DNA of 36,082 nucleotides, taken from positions 1 through 36,082 of the forward strand of contig JBAXKK010000019.1 of NCBI GenBank assembly GCA_037137395.1. Reading direction: 5' to 3'. Source of the DNA: Elusimicrobiota bacterium. Its GTDB lineage: Bacteria > Elusimicrobiota > Elusimicrobia > Elusimicrobiales > UBA9959. The notes beneath the pieces are model-generated. The model made no database searches and was not told the origin of the DNA. It saw nothing but the letters and a program-made list of their open reading frames with translations. Positions 25,739-36,008 of the stretch are shown here, piece by piece. Position 1 is the stretch's first letter; each line of letters begins with the position of its first letter. Position numbers and translations under genes: made by a program.

Positions 25739-28700
25739 TCAACCTTGTTTTACAGGCAGCGTAAAATGGAATACAGATCCTTTGCCAGGCTCCGACTCGG
25801 CCCAGATCTTTCCGTTATGGGCAATAATTATTTCTTTTGAAATCGCCAGGCCAAGCCCGGTGCCGCCTTTTTTGCCGCCGCTGTCCAGCTGTTCAAAAGC
25901 CTGAAAAAGCTTAGGCAGATCTTCGGCCTTAATACCGATACCGGTATCCCGAACGGAAACATGCAGGCTGCCGCCGTCAAGAGCGGCATGAACGGTGATA
26001 CATCCTTTTTCGGTATGGGCTATCGCGTTATTAAGCAGATTTGTAAGCACCTGGGTGATCTTATCTTTATCAGCCATCGCCCGGGGAATGTCCGCGCCCA
26101 TATCAACTTTTAATTCCAGCCCTTTGCTTTGCGCCAGAAGGATCATATTTTGGGCTGCTGTATGGATCAGGGCGCTGATATCGGCATCCACGATATCAAA
26201 GGTCATTTTTCCGGCTGCTATTTTCTGAAAATCCAAAACATTGTTTATCAGGCGCCCCAGCCGGTCAGCGTTTCCGTGCACGAGTTCAAGCAGGCTTTTG
26301 TGTTCCGCGCTCAGGCCGCCAGCCTCCTCCAGAATAAGGCTGACGCCCAGCATAATAGAGGTCAAAGGGCTTCTCAGTTCGTGGGAAACCAGGGAGGCGA
26401 ATTTCGACTTTGTGTCCGCAGTTTCCTTTATGGTCCGCTCCGCCCGCTTCTGGTCAGTAATATCCCAATTAGTCCCGACCATCTTTAATGGCCGGCCTGA
26501 CTGGTCGCGCTGAACGATGGCAAGAGCTCTGAGATCACGGATAGAACCGTCTGGCCAGACAACGCGGAACTCAGTGTTAAATTCCTTTTCACCGCGTATA
26601 GCCATCTGGATCTCTGCGTCTCCCCGCGCCTTATCCTCAGGATGAAGCCCTTGTTGCCAGGACTCGTAGGCGCCGGCAAAATCATTTTTTTTAATACCGT
26701 AGAGCGCATACATCTGATCATCCCAAACCAGCTTGTTAGCGGCGATGTCGTAATCCCACACGCCCACACCACCAGCGCGCGTAGCCAATATCAAGCGGTC
26801 GGAGATCTGCTTCAGAGCGTCTTCCGCCTGCCTGCGCAATATCGCTTCCCCGACATGCGCCGCTATTCCTTCCAGACATTCAACTATATCCAGAGTGAAA
26901 ACCCCTTTGCGCCGGTCATCAATATGGATCAGACCGATAATCCTTTCCTTGGTGCGGATCGGCACCAGGGCCATGGAGGCATAGCCGTGATGCATGCACT
27001 GATTACGCGGATGATACCGCGGATCCTGACCGGCCGGGAGATCCAGCAACGGGAAGGAATTGTTGGTCCAGAAACTTCCCCCGCGCGTAAAGAGCGGATT
27101 GGAATGGTTGGTTTTGCCGGAAATCACCAGACCGCAGGTACATTCCAGTCTGACTTTCCCGTCTTTATCCCGACATATTGCGCCATCCGCGTCGCGCGCT
27201 ATCAGCGTGTTTTCAGTCAGCAGAAAATCCTTGGGAAAACCATCCTGTGAAAGATACGGGAAGTCCTCCCCGTCCTGAATGCGGATACCAACTGCGTCAA
27301 AACCTGTCTCTGCCTTAAGCATGGCGACGAAGCGTTGAATTAAGTCCTTCAAATCCGCCTGCTCGTTAAATATCCGCACCGCTTCCTCTCTAATATTCGT
27401 ATATATTTCCGCCTGCTTGTGTTCTGTAATATCTGTCACCAGTCCCACAACATTGACCACTTTATTATCTTCATCTTTAATCGCCGATACTGATAGATCG
27501 CCCCAGAAAACTGATTTGTCTTTTCGCAAAAAGCGCTTTTCAAGCCGATATTTATCCACCTTGCCTTCCATGATTTTACGGAGCCATTCTTCACTTATAT
27601 CCTTATCATCAGGGTGTGTAAGGTCCAAATTGGTCAGACTTTTCATTTCTTCCCTGTCATACCCGAAGCTGTCCAGCCACCAATTGTTGAACATTATGTA
27701 TTTGCCGGTATTATCAACTATGGCAATACCGGTGTTGGCAGTATCAAAAATAGTTCTTGTTTTTTCTTCACTCCTGCGCAGTTGTTCGCTCCGGGAATAA
27801 GCCTCGGTAACATCGCGGAACACAAGCACGACCCCGAAAGTTATGCCTGCCGCGTCATGGATGGGCGCGCAGCTATCAGCAATCTGATACTCCGTGCCGT
27901 CGCGAGCGATAAGCACGGTGTGATTGGCCAGACCTACAATGGTGTTTTCGCGCAGCGCCTTCTCCACCGGGTTTTCAGCAGCGGTGCGAGTCTTAGCGTG
28001 GATGATACGAAAAACATCCATAACAGGACGGCCCTTAGCCTCAGCCGTGGTCCAGCCGGTCAAATGTTCAGCCAGAACATTAAGCCTTGTGACGCGACCC
28101 GAGGTGTCAGTGGTTATTACGCCATCGCCTATAGAGCGCAGCGTGGACGATAACAGCTCTTCACTTTCCTGTATAACTCTCTCCGCGACCTTTTCCCTGA
28201 AGCGGAGAACAACGTAAAATACGCCGTATATAAAACCTGCCGCCAGCAGGATCAGCGCCAGTTCCAGGTATTCCCTGGTTCTAACAGGGGTCAACAGGAC
28301 CTTGCGGTCGATCTTAGTTATAACCGACCAACCTGAGCCTTCCAACGGTTGAATGGCGCTGAAAACTTTTACGTCGCGATAGTCGACACCCTCAAAAACG
28401 CCTGAATAATTTTCATTAATAGCTTTCGCGGCGGGCAATTCTCTGTCTGAAAGACTGTGCCTGAATTTAAGGGCTGAATCTTTTATGTATTGAAGTTCGT
28501 TCAGATAAAGAACATCTTTCCCGTCTTTTCTGACCAGCAGGGTTTCGGCGGTGTCAAGGAAAAGCGGCGCCGCTTTCAGCAGGGGATAAAACTCGGTTTC
28601 GGGGTCTATATTTATGACCAGCACGCATATAATTTTCCCGCCCCGCTCCCACCCGGCGGACATGGGGCTCATCTTTGTGATGCGCGGCCGGCCGTCCGCG

Positions 28701-29191
28701 GCCAGATAAAGGTCGGTCATCAGCGGCGTACCTTTTTGAGAAGCCCGCGCGAAAGCCTCCTTGAAATCTTTTTCCGTCCCGGCGGTGTAGCCGGGAGTCG
28801 CCGCTATGACGGCGCCCTTTGGTGACAGAAAAGCCAGCGAAAGGTCCTTCTTTTGCATCAAGCGATCATTAAGCCAAGCGTTCAGCTCAGCGCGCTTTGA
28901 ACCGGACCTTGCCATTTCCTCTGAAACTATTCCTCCGAAAAATGGGTGGCGAGTGAGCAACACGGTGTCCCTATAATGACCATCACGCCAATCGGAGATC
29001 TGCGCAGCCTTATAATAATTTATCACAACAAGACGACGATTTATATCTTCAATCGCCTTCCTTTGATCACTGGCAGCGACAAAGAACCAGAATCCCAGCG
29101 CCGCCGCAAGCGTAAGCAGCAAAGCACCAACCATCTTGCCAAAGTGTCTGTTATTAAGATGTGATACCACTATTGTTTTTCCTGTAATCAA
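25739..29191 (-). CDS. Membrane sensor histidine kinase (Cache-like, PAS, PAS, GAF, PAS, HisKA, HATPase); start uncertain
   Basis: Two TMs, PAS/PAC motifs, SHELRSPL H box, NLLNNA, DTGIG, GGTGLGL. Confidence 0.93.
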   Translation of the reverse strand: MITGKTIVVSHLNNRHFGKMVGALLLTLAAALGFWFFVAASDQRKAIEDINRRLVVINYYKAAQISDWRDGHYRDTVLLTRHPFFGGIVSEEMARSGSKRAELNAWLNDRLMQKKDLSLAFLSPKGAVIAATPGYTAGTEKDFKEAFARASQKGTPLMTDLYLAADGRPRITKMSPMSAGWERGGKIICVLVINIDPETEFYPLLKAAPLFLDTAETLLVRKDGKDVLYLNELQYIKDSALKFRHSLSDRELPAAKAINENYSGVFEGVDYRDVKVFSAIQPLEGSGWSVITKIDRKVLLTPVRTREYLELALILLAAGFIYGVFYVVLRFREKVAERVIQESEELLSSTLRSIGDGVITTDTSGRVTRLNVLAEHLTGWTTAEAKGRPVMDVFRIIHAKTRTAAENPVEKALRENTIVGLANHTVLIARDGTEYQIADSCAPIHDAAGITFGVVLVFRDVTEAYSRSEQLRRSEEKTRTIFDTANTGIAIVDNTGKYIMFNNWWLDSFGYDREEMKSLTNLDLTHPDDKDISEEWLRKIMEGKVDKYRLEKRFLRKDKSVFWGDLSVSAIKDEDNKVVNVVGLVTDITEHKQAEIYTNIREEAVRIFNEQADLKDLIQRFVAMLKAETGFDAVGIRIQDGEDFPYLSQDGFPKDFLLTENTLIARDADGAICRDKDGKVRLECTCGLVISGKTNHSNPLFTRGGSFWTNNSFPLLDLPAGQDPRYHPRNQCMHHGYASMALVPIRTKERIIGLIHIDDRRKGVFTLDIVECLEGIAAHVGEAILRRQAEDALKQISDRLILATRAGGVGVWDYDIAANKLVWDDQMYALYGIKKNDFAGAYESWQQGLHPEDKARGDAEIQMAIRGEKEFNTEFRVVWPDGSIRDLRALAIVQRDQSGRPLKMVGTNWDITDQKRAERTIKETADTKSKFASLVSHELRSPLTSIMLGVSLILEEAGGLSAEHKSLLELVHGNADRLGRLINNVLDFQKIAAGKMTFDIVDADISALIHTAAQNMILLAQSKGLELKVDMGADIPRAMADKDKITQVLTNLLNNAIAHTEKGCITVHAALDGGSLHVSVRDTGIGIKAEDLPKLFQAFEQLDSGGKKGGTGLGLAISKEIIIAHNGKIWAESEPGKGSVFHFTLPVKQG

Positions 29192-29359
29192 GAGTATTAA
29201 TTGGCCGGTCCAATGACACCACCCGCATCCGCGTAAAACAGTTCATCGGACGGCGCCATGAAAACCGCAAAGCATGCCCCCCCGTTTCTACATCCAAATA
29301 ATAGCAAAAATGCGTGGTTTGTTAAAATAGCGCGAACCCCGCTTTTGTATAATATAGCC

Positions 29360-32314
29360 ATGCTGACACCCCGCATCGCGGATTACGAAACCGAGTTCGG
29401 CGGCTTTGAGAAGCTTATGCCCCACAGGATAAAGAACATCCTTATGGTGGCCTCCCTTTACGATTCCTTTCTGCTGGCCGATGACGAGCGCCTTAACGAA
29501 GCCTTATTTAGCGAACTTCTTGACACCACCGTCCACGCCGCCCCAAAAATCACCCGCGTCTCAACAGCCGGCCAGGCCGTAGAGCGCCTGCAAAAAGGCC
29601 CGTTCGATCTGCTCATCGCGATGGTGCAGATAGGCGACACCGATATGGACAATTTCGTAGCCGGCCTGAAGAAAACCAACCCGGGCCTGCCTATAGTGCT
29701 TCTCTCTTTCAATATGCAGGATGTCCTGAACATCTCTGAGCTGACGCGGGAGCAGGTAAACGGAATCTTTTTGTGGAACGGGGACACGCGAATATTCTCA
29801 GCCATAATCAACCTGCTGGAAGACGAGATGAATTTCGCGCGCGACTCCCAGGTGGGCGTGCAGGCTGTCCTGCTGATCGAGGATAATATTAAGTTCTACT
29901 CCTCATATCTGCCCATCATCTACTCCGAACTGATGAAACAGACGCAGATAGTCATGGCCGAAGAGCTTAACCCCTCAAAGAAAATGCTGCGCCTGAAAGC
30001 CCGGCCCAAGATCCTCTTCTGCAATAATTTCGACAAAGCCTGGGAGATCTACTCAAAATACAAGGCAAACCTGCTCGGCGTCATAAGCGACATAGAATAT
30101 CCCATGGCCGGAAAATGCGAGCCGGAAGCCGGCCTGCTCCTTTCAAAAAAAATAAAAGCGGAGGACCCGGATATGCCCGTGCTGCTGCAGTCCTCCGACA
30201 GCCGGTTCGCGCAGAGGGCCCAGAGTCTTGGGGCCTCGTTCATGAACAAGGCCGCGCCCGATCTTTCAAAGCAGCTGCGCAACTTTATTGTCAGGTACTT
30301 CGGCTTCGGCGACTTCGTCTTTACCGACAAGAACGGCTTCGAACTGGCGCGGGCCGCGGACCTGCACACAATGCTTAAGCTTTTAAAGACCGTGCCGATA
30401 GAATCCATCCTCTACCACGCCAGCCGCAACCATTTTTCAAAGTGGCTGTTCGCCAGAACGGAGTTTGAAACCGCCTACAACATCCGCCCCAAAAGGATCT
30501 CAGAATTTAAGGACTCAGAGGGCCTGCGCAAATACCTGATAGAAACCCTTTACCAGTTCATCTATAAAACCCAGCTGGGCACCGTGCTGAAATTCGACCG
30601 GAAACTTTTCGACAACACCACCCCTTTCGTCAAGATAGGTTCCGGGTCCATAGGCGGGAAAGCCCGCGGCCTGGCTTTTGTGGATTTCCTGCTGAGCAAG
30701 AGCGATATAGCGGATCGCTTTCCCGGCGTGGCTATAACCGTGCCCAACACCATCGTGCTGGCAACCGATGTTTTTGATTTTTTTCTTGAGCAGAATAATC
30801 TGGACGCCGTAATAAACGAGCACTATCCGGGTGAGCGTATAGCGGACATTTTTCTGAAGGCCAGACTGCCGGACTATGTGCTCCACGACCTGCGCGTCAT
30901 CGTGGAAAAATTGGAAGGGCCTCTTGCCGTGCGGTCGTCCTCTCTGCTTGAGGATTCAAAGACCCAGCCTTTCGCAGGCGTTTACAAGACCTACATGCTG
31001 GCAAACAATAACCCCGACCCGGAACTGCGGCTGAAAGAGCTGGAAAAAGCGGTGAAGTTTATTTACGCTTCAACTTTTTCCAACGAGGCCAAGGCATACC
31101 GCAAACTTACACCCCATCTGCCCGATGAGGAAAAGATGGCGGTTGTAATACAGAAGGTCGTAGGGCGCTCCTACGCCGGCGGCGAGCGCTTCTACCCGGT
31201 GTTCTCGGGAGTGGTCCAATCCTATAACTATTATCCCGTGCCGCCGCTTGCCAGTGAAGATCCCATAGCCCACATCGCCATGGGCCTTGGCAAAACCATC
31301 GTGGAGGGGCTCACCGTCCTGCGCTTTTCCCCCAGCCACCCGCGCAATCTGCATCAGTTCTCTACCACAGAAGACTTTTTTAGCAATTCCCAGAAGAGCT
31401 TCATCGCGCTGGATGTTTCAGGCACGGAAACAAAACCTCTGGCCTACGATAAAGAACCCGATCTGAAACCGGTGGAGATAGCGGTCGCGGAAGCGGACGG
31501 CACGCTGGAACTGGTCGCTTCCTCCTACTCGATGGAAAACGACGTCATGTCGGACTCCATCGCCCAGCCGGGCGCGCGCCTGGTGACTTTCGCTCCCATA
31601 CTTAAGAACGAGCAAATACCTCTTTCTGAGATACTCAAAAGCCTGTCCGATCTCGGCCGGGAGGCCATGGGCACCAATATAGAGCTGGAATTCGCCGCCT
31701 CCTTCGACCCTGAAAGCCGCGAGACGCAGTTTAATATTCTGCAGATGCGCCCCATGGTTTCCAGAAGCGTGGTGAAGAAGGTTAAATTTGAGGATATTAA
31801 CGAAGCGAATATAATCTGTACCAGCGGGGCCACGCTGGGCAACGGCTACATAAACGACATCTCCGACCTTATCTATGTGAAGCCGGAAACTTTCACAAAC
31901 CTTAAGACACGCGATATCGCGGCCGAGATAGGCGAGTTGAACCTGAAACTGAAGAACGAAGACAGATTCTGCATGATCATAGGCCCCGGCCGCTGGGGGT
32001 CAAGCGATCCGTTCCTTGGCGTCCCGGTGAAGTGGGCTCATATCTCCCATTCCAAAGTCATAATAGAAGCTTCTTACGGCAGTTTCTCCGCCGACCCCTC
32101 GTACGGCACACACTTCTTCCATAATCTGACCTCGCTGGGCATCGGCTACTTCACCGTAAACCCAGAAAAAAACGAAGGGTCCATAGACTGGGACTGGCTA
32201 CAAAGCCAGCCGGTACTGGCCGACCTGCAATATGTCCGCCACATAAGGCTGCCCAAACCGCTGGATATAAGAATAGACGGCTCCACCGGCAAAGGCATAA
32301 TAGCGCACAACTAG
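29360..32314 (+). CDS. Receiver-like domains fused to a PEP-utilising-enzyme nucleotide-binding (PPDK_N) domain
   Basis: N-terminal receiver-like folds (LLIED, VISD); GGKARGL, AVRSSSLLEDS, FAG, MAVVIQ, ILQMRP; start set at ATG 29360. Confidence 0.88.
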   Translation: MLTPRIADYETEFGGFEKLMPHRIKNILMVASLYDSFLLADDERLNEALFSELLDTTVHAAPKITRVSTAGQAVERLQKGPFDLLIAMVQIGDTDMDNFVAGLKKTNPGLPIVLLSFNMQDVLNISELTREQVNGIFLWNGDTRIFSAIINLLEDEMNFARDSQVGVQAVLLIEDNIKFYSSYLPIIYSELMKQTQIVMAEELNPSKKMLRLKARPKILFCNNFDKAWEIYSKYKANLLGVISDIEYPMAGKCEPEAGLLLSKKIKAEDPDMPVLLQSSDSRFAQRAQSLGASFMNKAAPDLSKQLRNFIVRYFGFGDFVFTDKNGFELARAADLHTMLKLLKTVPIESILYHASRNHFSKWLFARTEFETAYNIRPKRISEFKDSEGLRKYLIETLYQFIYKTQLGTVLKFDRKLFDNTTPFVKIGSGSIGGKARGLAFVDFLLSKSDIADRFPGVAITVPNTIVLATDVFDFFLEQNNLDAVINEHYPGERIADIFLKARLPDYVLHDLRVIVEKLEGPLAVRSSSLLEDSKTQPFAGVYKTYMLANNNPDPELRLKELEKAVKFIYASTFSNEAKAYRKLTPHLPDEEKMAVVIQKVVGRSYAGGERFYPVFSGVVQSYNYYPVPPLASEDPIAHIAMGLGKTIVEGLTVLRFSPSHPRNLHQFSTTEDFFSNSQKSFIALDVSGTETKPLAYDKEPDLKPVEIAVAEADGTLELVASSYSMENDVMSDSIAQPGARLVTFAPILKNEQIPLSEILKSLSDLGREAMGTNIELEFAASFDPESRETQFNILQMRPMVSRSVVKKVKFEDINEANIICTSGATLGNGYINDISDLIYVKPETFTNLKTRDIAAEIGELNLKLKNEDRFCMIIGPGRWGSSDPFLGVPVKWAHISHSKVIIEASYGSFSADPSYGTHFFHNLTSLGIGYFTVNPEKNEGSIDWDWLQSQPVLADLQYVRHIRLPKPLDIRIDGSTGKGIIAHN

Positions 32315-32341
32315 ATAAGTGGTCAGTGGCAAGTGATAAGT

Positions 32342-32418
32342 AGATCCGGGGACAGTATATTTAATTCGGAATTAAATATACTGTCCCCGGATCTCCCCGG
32401 ATCTCCCGCCCGGATCTT
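32342..32418. repeat. REP-like perfect palindrome with CCCCGGATCT tandem tail
   Basis: 26-bp arms 32342-32367 / 32369-32394 with a 1-nt centre, followed by repeated CCCGGATCT. Confidence 0.85.
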
Positions 32419-32430
32419 ATTTGACAAAGG

Positions 32431-33093
32431 TTACTTGCTGATGTATTGGAGACCCTGTTTGGCGCTGTCCAGACCGGGGGCGCCCCAGATGTCCAGGGAT
32501 ATAACATCGTTTAAAAAATCTTTTTTGCCCGAAGTGCCAACGCTCTGCCATTGCGGCCCGACCGTCTTGACCGGCCTGAGCGAGTTTTGGAGCAGCAGAG
32601 TGCGCAGATTCTCATCCAGGTTCCTTTTAAAATCGTCCACCAGCGGAGAAAAAGAGAGCCTCAGATGTTTCTCATATTCCGGCTTCTCGCCGCCGTCCGT
32701 TATGGCAGGGGTTCCGCCCTGGGCGGGAGCGCCGTTGACAACTTTCTCTTTTGCGATAAAGATGCGCCAGGGGTTGGTTGCAAAACCATAATATCTGACC
32801 TTGGTGTTTTCGGTTATATCCCAGTTTCTTACCGCCGAAATACCTTCCGCGAGCGTGCTGAGTCTGGGCTTAAGATGGGCAAGGTCTGAAAAATCCCAGC
32901 GGATGGAATAATCCAGGCCGACGCGGGCGTCGCTGCTGTCCTTGGTGACATTCAACATCAGCGGATTTTCTTCTTTCACCGGCTGAGCCGATATAGTGGA
33001 GAATTCCACGCCGGTCTGGGCGTGAACCGCGATCGCGCGAAACAGCGCGGCGGAGAGGAAAAAAGCGAGTATGCGGTATCCGCGGCTAGACAT
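32431..33093 (-). CDS. Exported hypothetical protein
   Basis: 220-aa ORF with signal peptide (AVHA-Q). Confidence 0.7.
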   Translation of the reverse strand: MSSRGYRILAFFLSAALFRAIAVHAQTGVEFSTISAQPVKEENPLMLNVTKDSSDARVGLDYSIRWDFSDLAHLKPRLSTLAEGISAVRNWDITENTKVRYYGFATNPWRIFIAKEKVVNGAPAQGGTPAITDGGEKPEYEKHLRLSFSPLVDDFKRNLDENLRTLLLQNSLRPVKTVGPQWQSVGTSGKKDFLNDVISLDIWGAPGLDSAKQGLQYISK

Positions 33094-33157
33094 TTTTTAT
33101 CCGGTCTGTTTCAGTGTTGTAACCTGGTTGGTAAACTGCTTACAGAAATAATTACTT

Positions 33158-33192
33158 CCCTAAACCCTGCACCCTGAGCCCTATACCCTGAG
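33158..33192. repeat. ACCCTRN heptamer array
   Basis: CCCTAAA CCCTGCA CCCTGAG CCCTATA CCCTGAG; related array at 34535-34569. Confidence 0.75.
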
Positions 33193-33201
33193 TTTAGCGA
33201 C

Positions 33202-34431
33202 TTAAAACCCTTCCTTGGTATACCTTTCCAGCAGATCTTTGGCCAGCCTGCCCTGGGGGTTCAGGCGCACGGCCTCATCCAGGGCGTCCTTAAACTCCTT
33301 TTCAAGCTTGGCCTTATTCTTAAGCCGGCCTTTTTCCAGAGCGTTGACGGCCGAGATTACGGCGGCCCTGATTGAGTAAGTGTCGGCGAGGAATTTATCC
33401 CTGGTCATAAACGGCATCCAGCTCGGGTTCTCAAGCGCGGACTCTATCACGGCGTCAGATTCGTCGTACGCCCTGTAAAGGAACTGCTTGCCGCTCTTCA
33501 AACTGGCGCCCGTCAGAGCCATGCCGGCGCCTTCCTGAAAATCAACCTCCACCAGCTGCTTTCTGGCGTCTATAAAGCCGGGGTAATTCTGCATAGCGCT
33601 CTGATAAAGCGCGCGGGCTCCGGAATAATCTTTTTTAACAAGGGCGCTGTTGCCCTGCACCGTCAGGCTTACCGCCTTCATGAACGCGGGCTCGGCGTCC
33701 ATCTTTGCCACAGACGCGTAAATGCGCGCGGCTTCAGACCGGCTCTTGGCCAGGTCGCCCAGTGCCACATCCGCGGAAGAGAGCAATGCCTGCGGGGCTT
33801 TTCCCCTCAGCGCCGGGGTGACGGAGTTCATACTGGCAAGCAAAGCCTGCAATTCTTCGGCGTTACGGCGCACGCGCGAATACTCGCGGGCTTTTTCTAT
33901 GAGTATATCAGGATCCTTATTCAGCGAGAGATAACCTTCCGATTCCACCCAGGGGACCATAGCGGCGTAGCACAGGGCCAGGGCCATGGAAGTTTCGTAA
34001 GGCTCGGGGTTATCCTTGCGGGAGCTAAGGGCTGAAAGATTTGAAGCCAGTCCGTTCAGGGAATAGAGATCACCGCGGGCCGACAAGGCGTTTACGGCCG
34101 ACGCGTAGACGGGCCAGTTGGACGGGGACTTGCGTAGCACGCGCTTGAGAATAGTTATCTCAAGATCCAACCCCCTGGCGAATCCGGCCTTGTAGGATTT
34201 CTCGGTCAACTGCTCCAGAGCCTCCAGCGCGCGGCGAGAAGATGGGAGGTAGTTCAGGCTATGACCGATATCGGCATAAGCTTTCTCCATGGCAGCCTGA
34301 GAAGGATTTTGCGCTGAGAGCGTTTCACGGGCTTTCGAAAGATAATAGCCGGAAGCTTTTTCCTTAACCATTCCGCAGCCGGCCAATGCCGCGGCCGCAG
34401 CCAGAACCACGGTCAGTTTTAAGGTCTTCAT
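33202..34431 (-). CDS. TPR-like helical lipoprotein
   Basis: MKT...LAGC lipobox at ATG 34431; Ala-rich helical repeats (AVRLNP, SAMQNYP). Confidence 0.78.
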   Translation of the reverse strand: MKTLKLTVVLAAAAALAGCGMVKEKASGYYLSKARETLSAQNPSQAAMEKAYADIGHSLNYLPSSRRALEALEQLTEKSYKAGFARGLDLEITILKRVLRKSPSNWPVYASAVNALSARGDLYSLNGLASNLSALSSRKDNPEPYETSMALALCYAAMVPWVESEGYLSLNKDPDILIEKAREYSRVRRNAEELQALLASMNSVTPALRGKAPQALLSSADVALGDLAKSRSEAARIYASVAKMDAEPAFMKAVSLTVQGNSALVKKDYSGARALYQSAMQNYPGFIDARKQLVEVDFQEGAGMALTGASLKSGKQFLYRAYDESDAVIESALENPSWMPFMTRDKFLADTYSIRAAVISAVNALEKGRLKNKAKLEKEFKDALDEAVRLNPQGRLAKDLLERYTKEGF

Positions 34432-34569
34432 AATTGAATTATCCCTGTAAAAGAAAAAGGTCACGATATCTCCGCAAGTTCGCGGGCACTGACGAGGGCC
34501 GGGTTCCAAAAACCAGGGTAAATACTAAACTCTTACCCTAACCCCTATCCCCTAAACCCTATACATACC

Positions 34570-35601
34570 CTACACATTAGTCCAGTCCAGAATGATCTTG
34601 CCGGATTTGCCGGAAGACATGATCTCAAAGCCTTCTTTGAACTGCGCCGCCGGGAACTTATGGGTGATTATCGGTTTTATATTGAGCCCGCTGGTGAGCA
34701 TGGCGCACATCTTGTACCAAGTCTCGAACATCTCGCGGCCATAAATGCCTTTCAGGAACAGGGCCTTAAAGATGACCTGGTTCCAGGGGATCATGGTATT
34801 GGGCGGCAGGATGCCGAGCAGAGCTATCTTCGCGCCCATCTTGACCGCGGGGATCATATCGTTGAAAGCCTGAGCGTTGCCGGACATCTCAAGCCCAACA
34901 TCGAAGCCTTCGGTCATCTTCAGGCGGTGCATGACATCGCTGAGTTTTTCCTTGCGCGCGTCAACCACGTTCATTATGCCGAGTTTACGGGCAAGCTCCA
35001 TACGGTATTCGTTAACATCGGTTATCACTACATGCCGCGCACCCACATGCTGCGCTATAGCCGCGGCCATAATGCCTATGGGGCCGGCGCCGGTGATAAG
35101 AACGTCTTCGCCTATCAGGTCAAAAGAAAGTGCGGTATGCACCGCGTTGCCTAGGGGGTCAAGTATTGACGCCTCATCGTCGCTGACGCCATCCGGTATA
35201 GGGAAAACATTTTCGGCCGGGATGGCCAGGTACTCGGCAAAGCAGCCTGGGCGGTTAACGCCTACGCCTCTCGTGTTAATGCAAAGATGCCTGTGCCCGG
35301 CGCGGCAGCTGCGGCAGTGGCCGCAGACTATATGCCCCTCTCCGGAAACCCGCTCCCCAAGAGAAAGCCCCTGCACATTTTTACCCAGCTCCGCGATCTC
35401 ACCCACGAACTCATGGCCCACGTGCATCGGCACCGGAATAGTTTTCTGCGCCCAATCGTCCCACTGGTATATATGTATATCGGTGCCGCAGATAGCGGTC
35501 TGCTTTATTTTAATGAGAACTTCGGTATCACTTATGACCGGCATGGGCACATTTTCAAGCCAAAGGCCTTTCTCAGGGTTCTTTTTAACAAGCGCTTTCA
35601 T
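34570..35601 (-). CDS. tdh: L-threonine 3-dehydrogenase
   Basis: [52 protein letters not shown]. Confidence 0.97.
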   Translation of the reverse strand: MKALVKKNPEKGLWLENVPMPVISDTEVLIKIKQTAICGTDIHIYQWDDWAQKTIPVPMHVGHEFVGEIAELGKNVQGLSLGERVSGEGHIVCGHCRSCRAGHRHLCINTRGVGVNRPGCFAEYLAIPAENVFPIPDGVSDDEASILDPLGNAVHTALSFDLIGEDVLITGAGPIGIMAAAIAQHVGARHVVITDVNEYRMELARKLGIMNVVDARKEKLSDVMHRLKMTEGFDVGLEMSGNAQAFNDMIPAVKMGAKIALLGILPPNTMIPWNQVIFKALFLKGIYGREMFETWYKMCAMLTSGLNIKPIITHKFPAAQFKEGFEIMSSGKSGKIILDWTNV

Positions 35602-35667
35602 GGGAACTCCTCCTTAAAATCGGGCGACCTCCGCCGCTTTTTACATTATACTACATCATGGAAAAAC

Positions 35668-35726
35668 AGTGGCTGGTGCCGGCTAACCGGGTCAGCTTAT
35701 CACTAACCACTATCCACTAACCACTG
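35668..35726. repeat. CCACTAN heptamer array
   Basis: CACTAA CCACTAT CCACTAA CCACTG; same family as 3055-3146 and 32318-32342. Confidence 0.7.
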
Positions 35727-35729
35727 TCT

Positions 35730-36008
35730 TTAAGACCGGATCATTACCAGAGCCATTTTGAATTTGGTTACCGCTTTCAGCGCGTGTGGCTTATTGGCCG
35801 GCATTATTATGAATTCGCCGGCCTTTACCCTGCCTGGCTTGCCGGAGATAGTTATTTCAGCCTCGCCGTCGAGTATTTCCACCAGCGCGTCAAACGGAGC
35901 CGTATGCTCGCTCAAGCCCTGACCCTTATCGAAAGAGAAGATGGTTACTGTGCCGGTCTTCTTTTCTATTATGGTGCGGCTGACTACCGCCCCTTTGTCG
36001 TACTTCAC
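35730..36008 (-). CDS. Cupin-domain protein (5' end uncertain)
   Basis: GQGLSEHTAPFDA, GEAEI, MPANKPHAL cupin motifs. Confidence 0.85.
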   Translation of the reverse strand: MKYDKGAVVSRTIIEKKTGTVTIFSFDKGQGLSEHTAPFDALVEILDGEAEITISGKPGRVKAGEFIIMPANKPHALKAVTKFKMALVMIRS

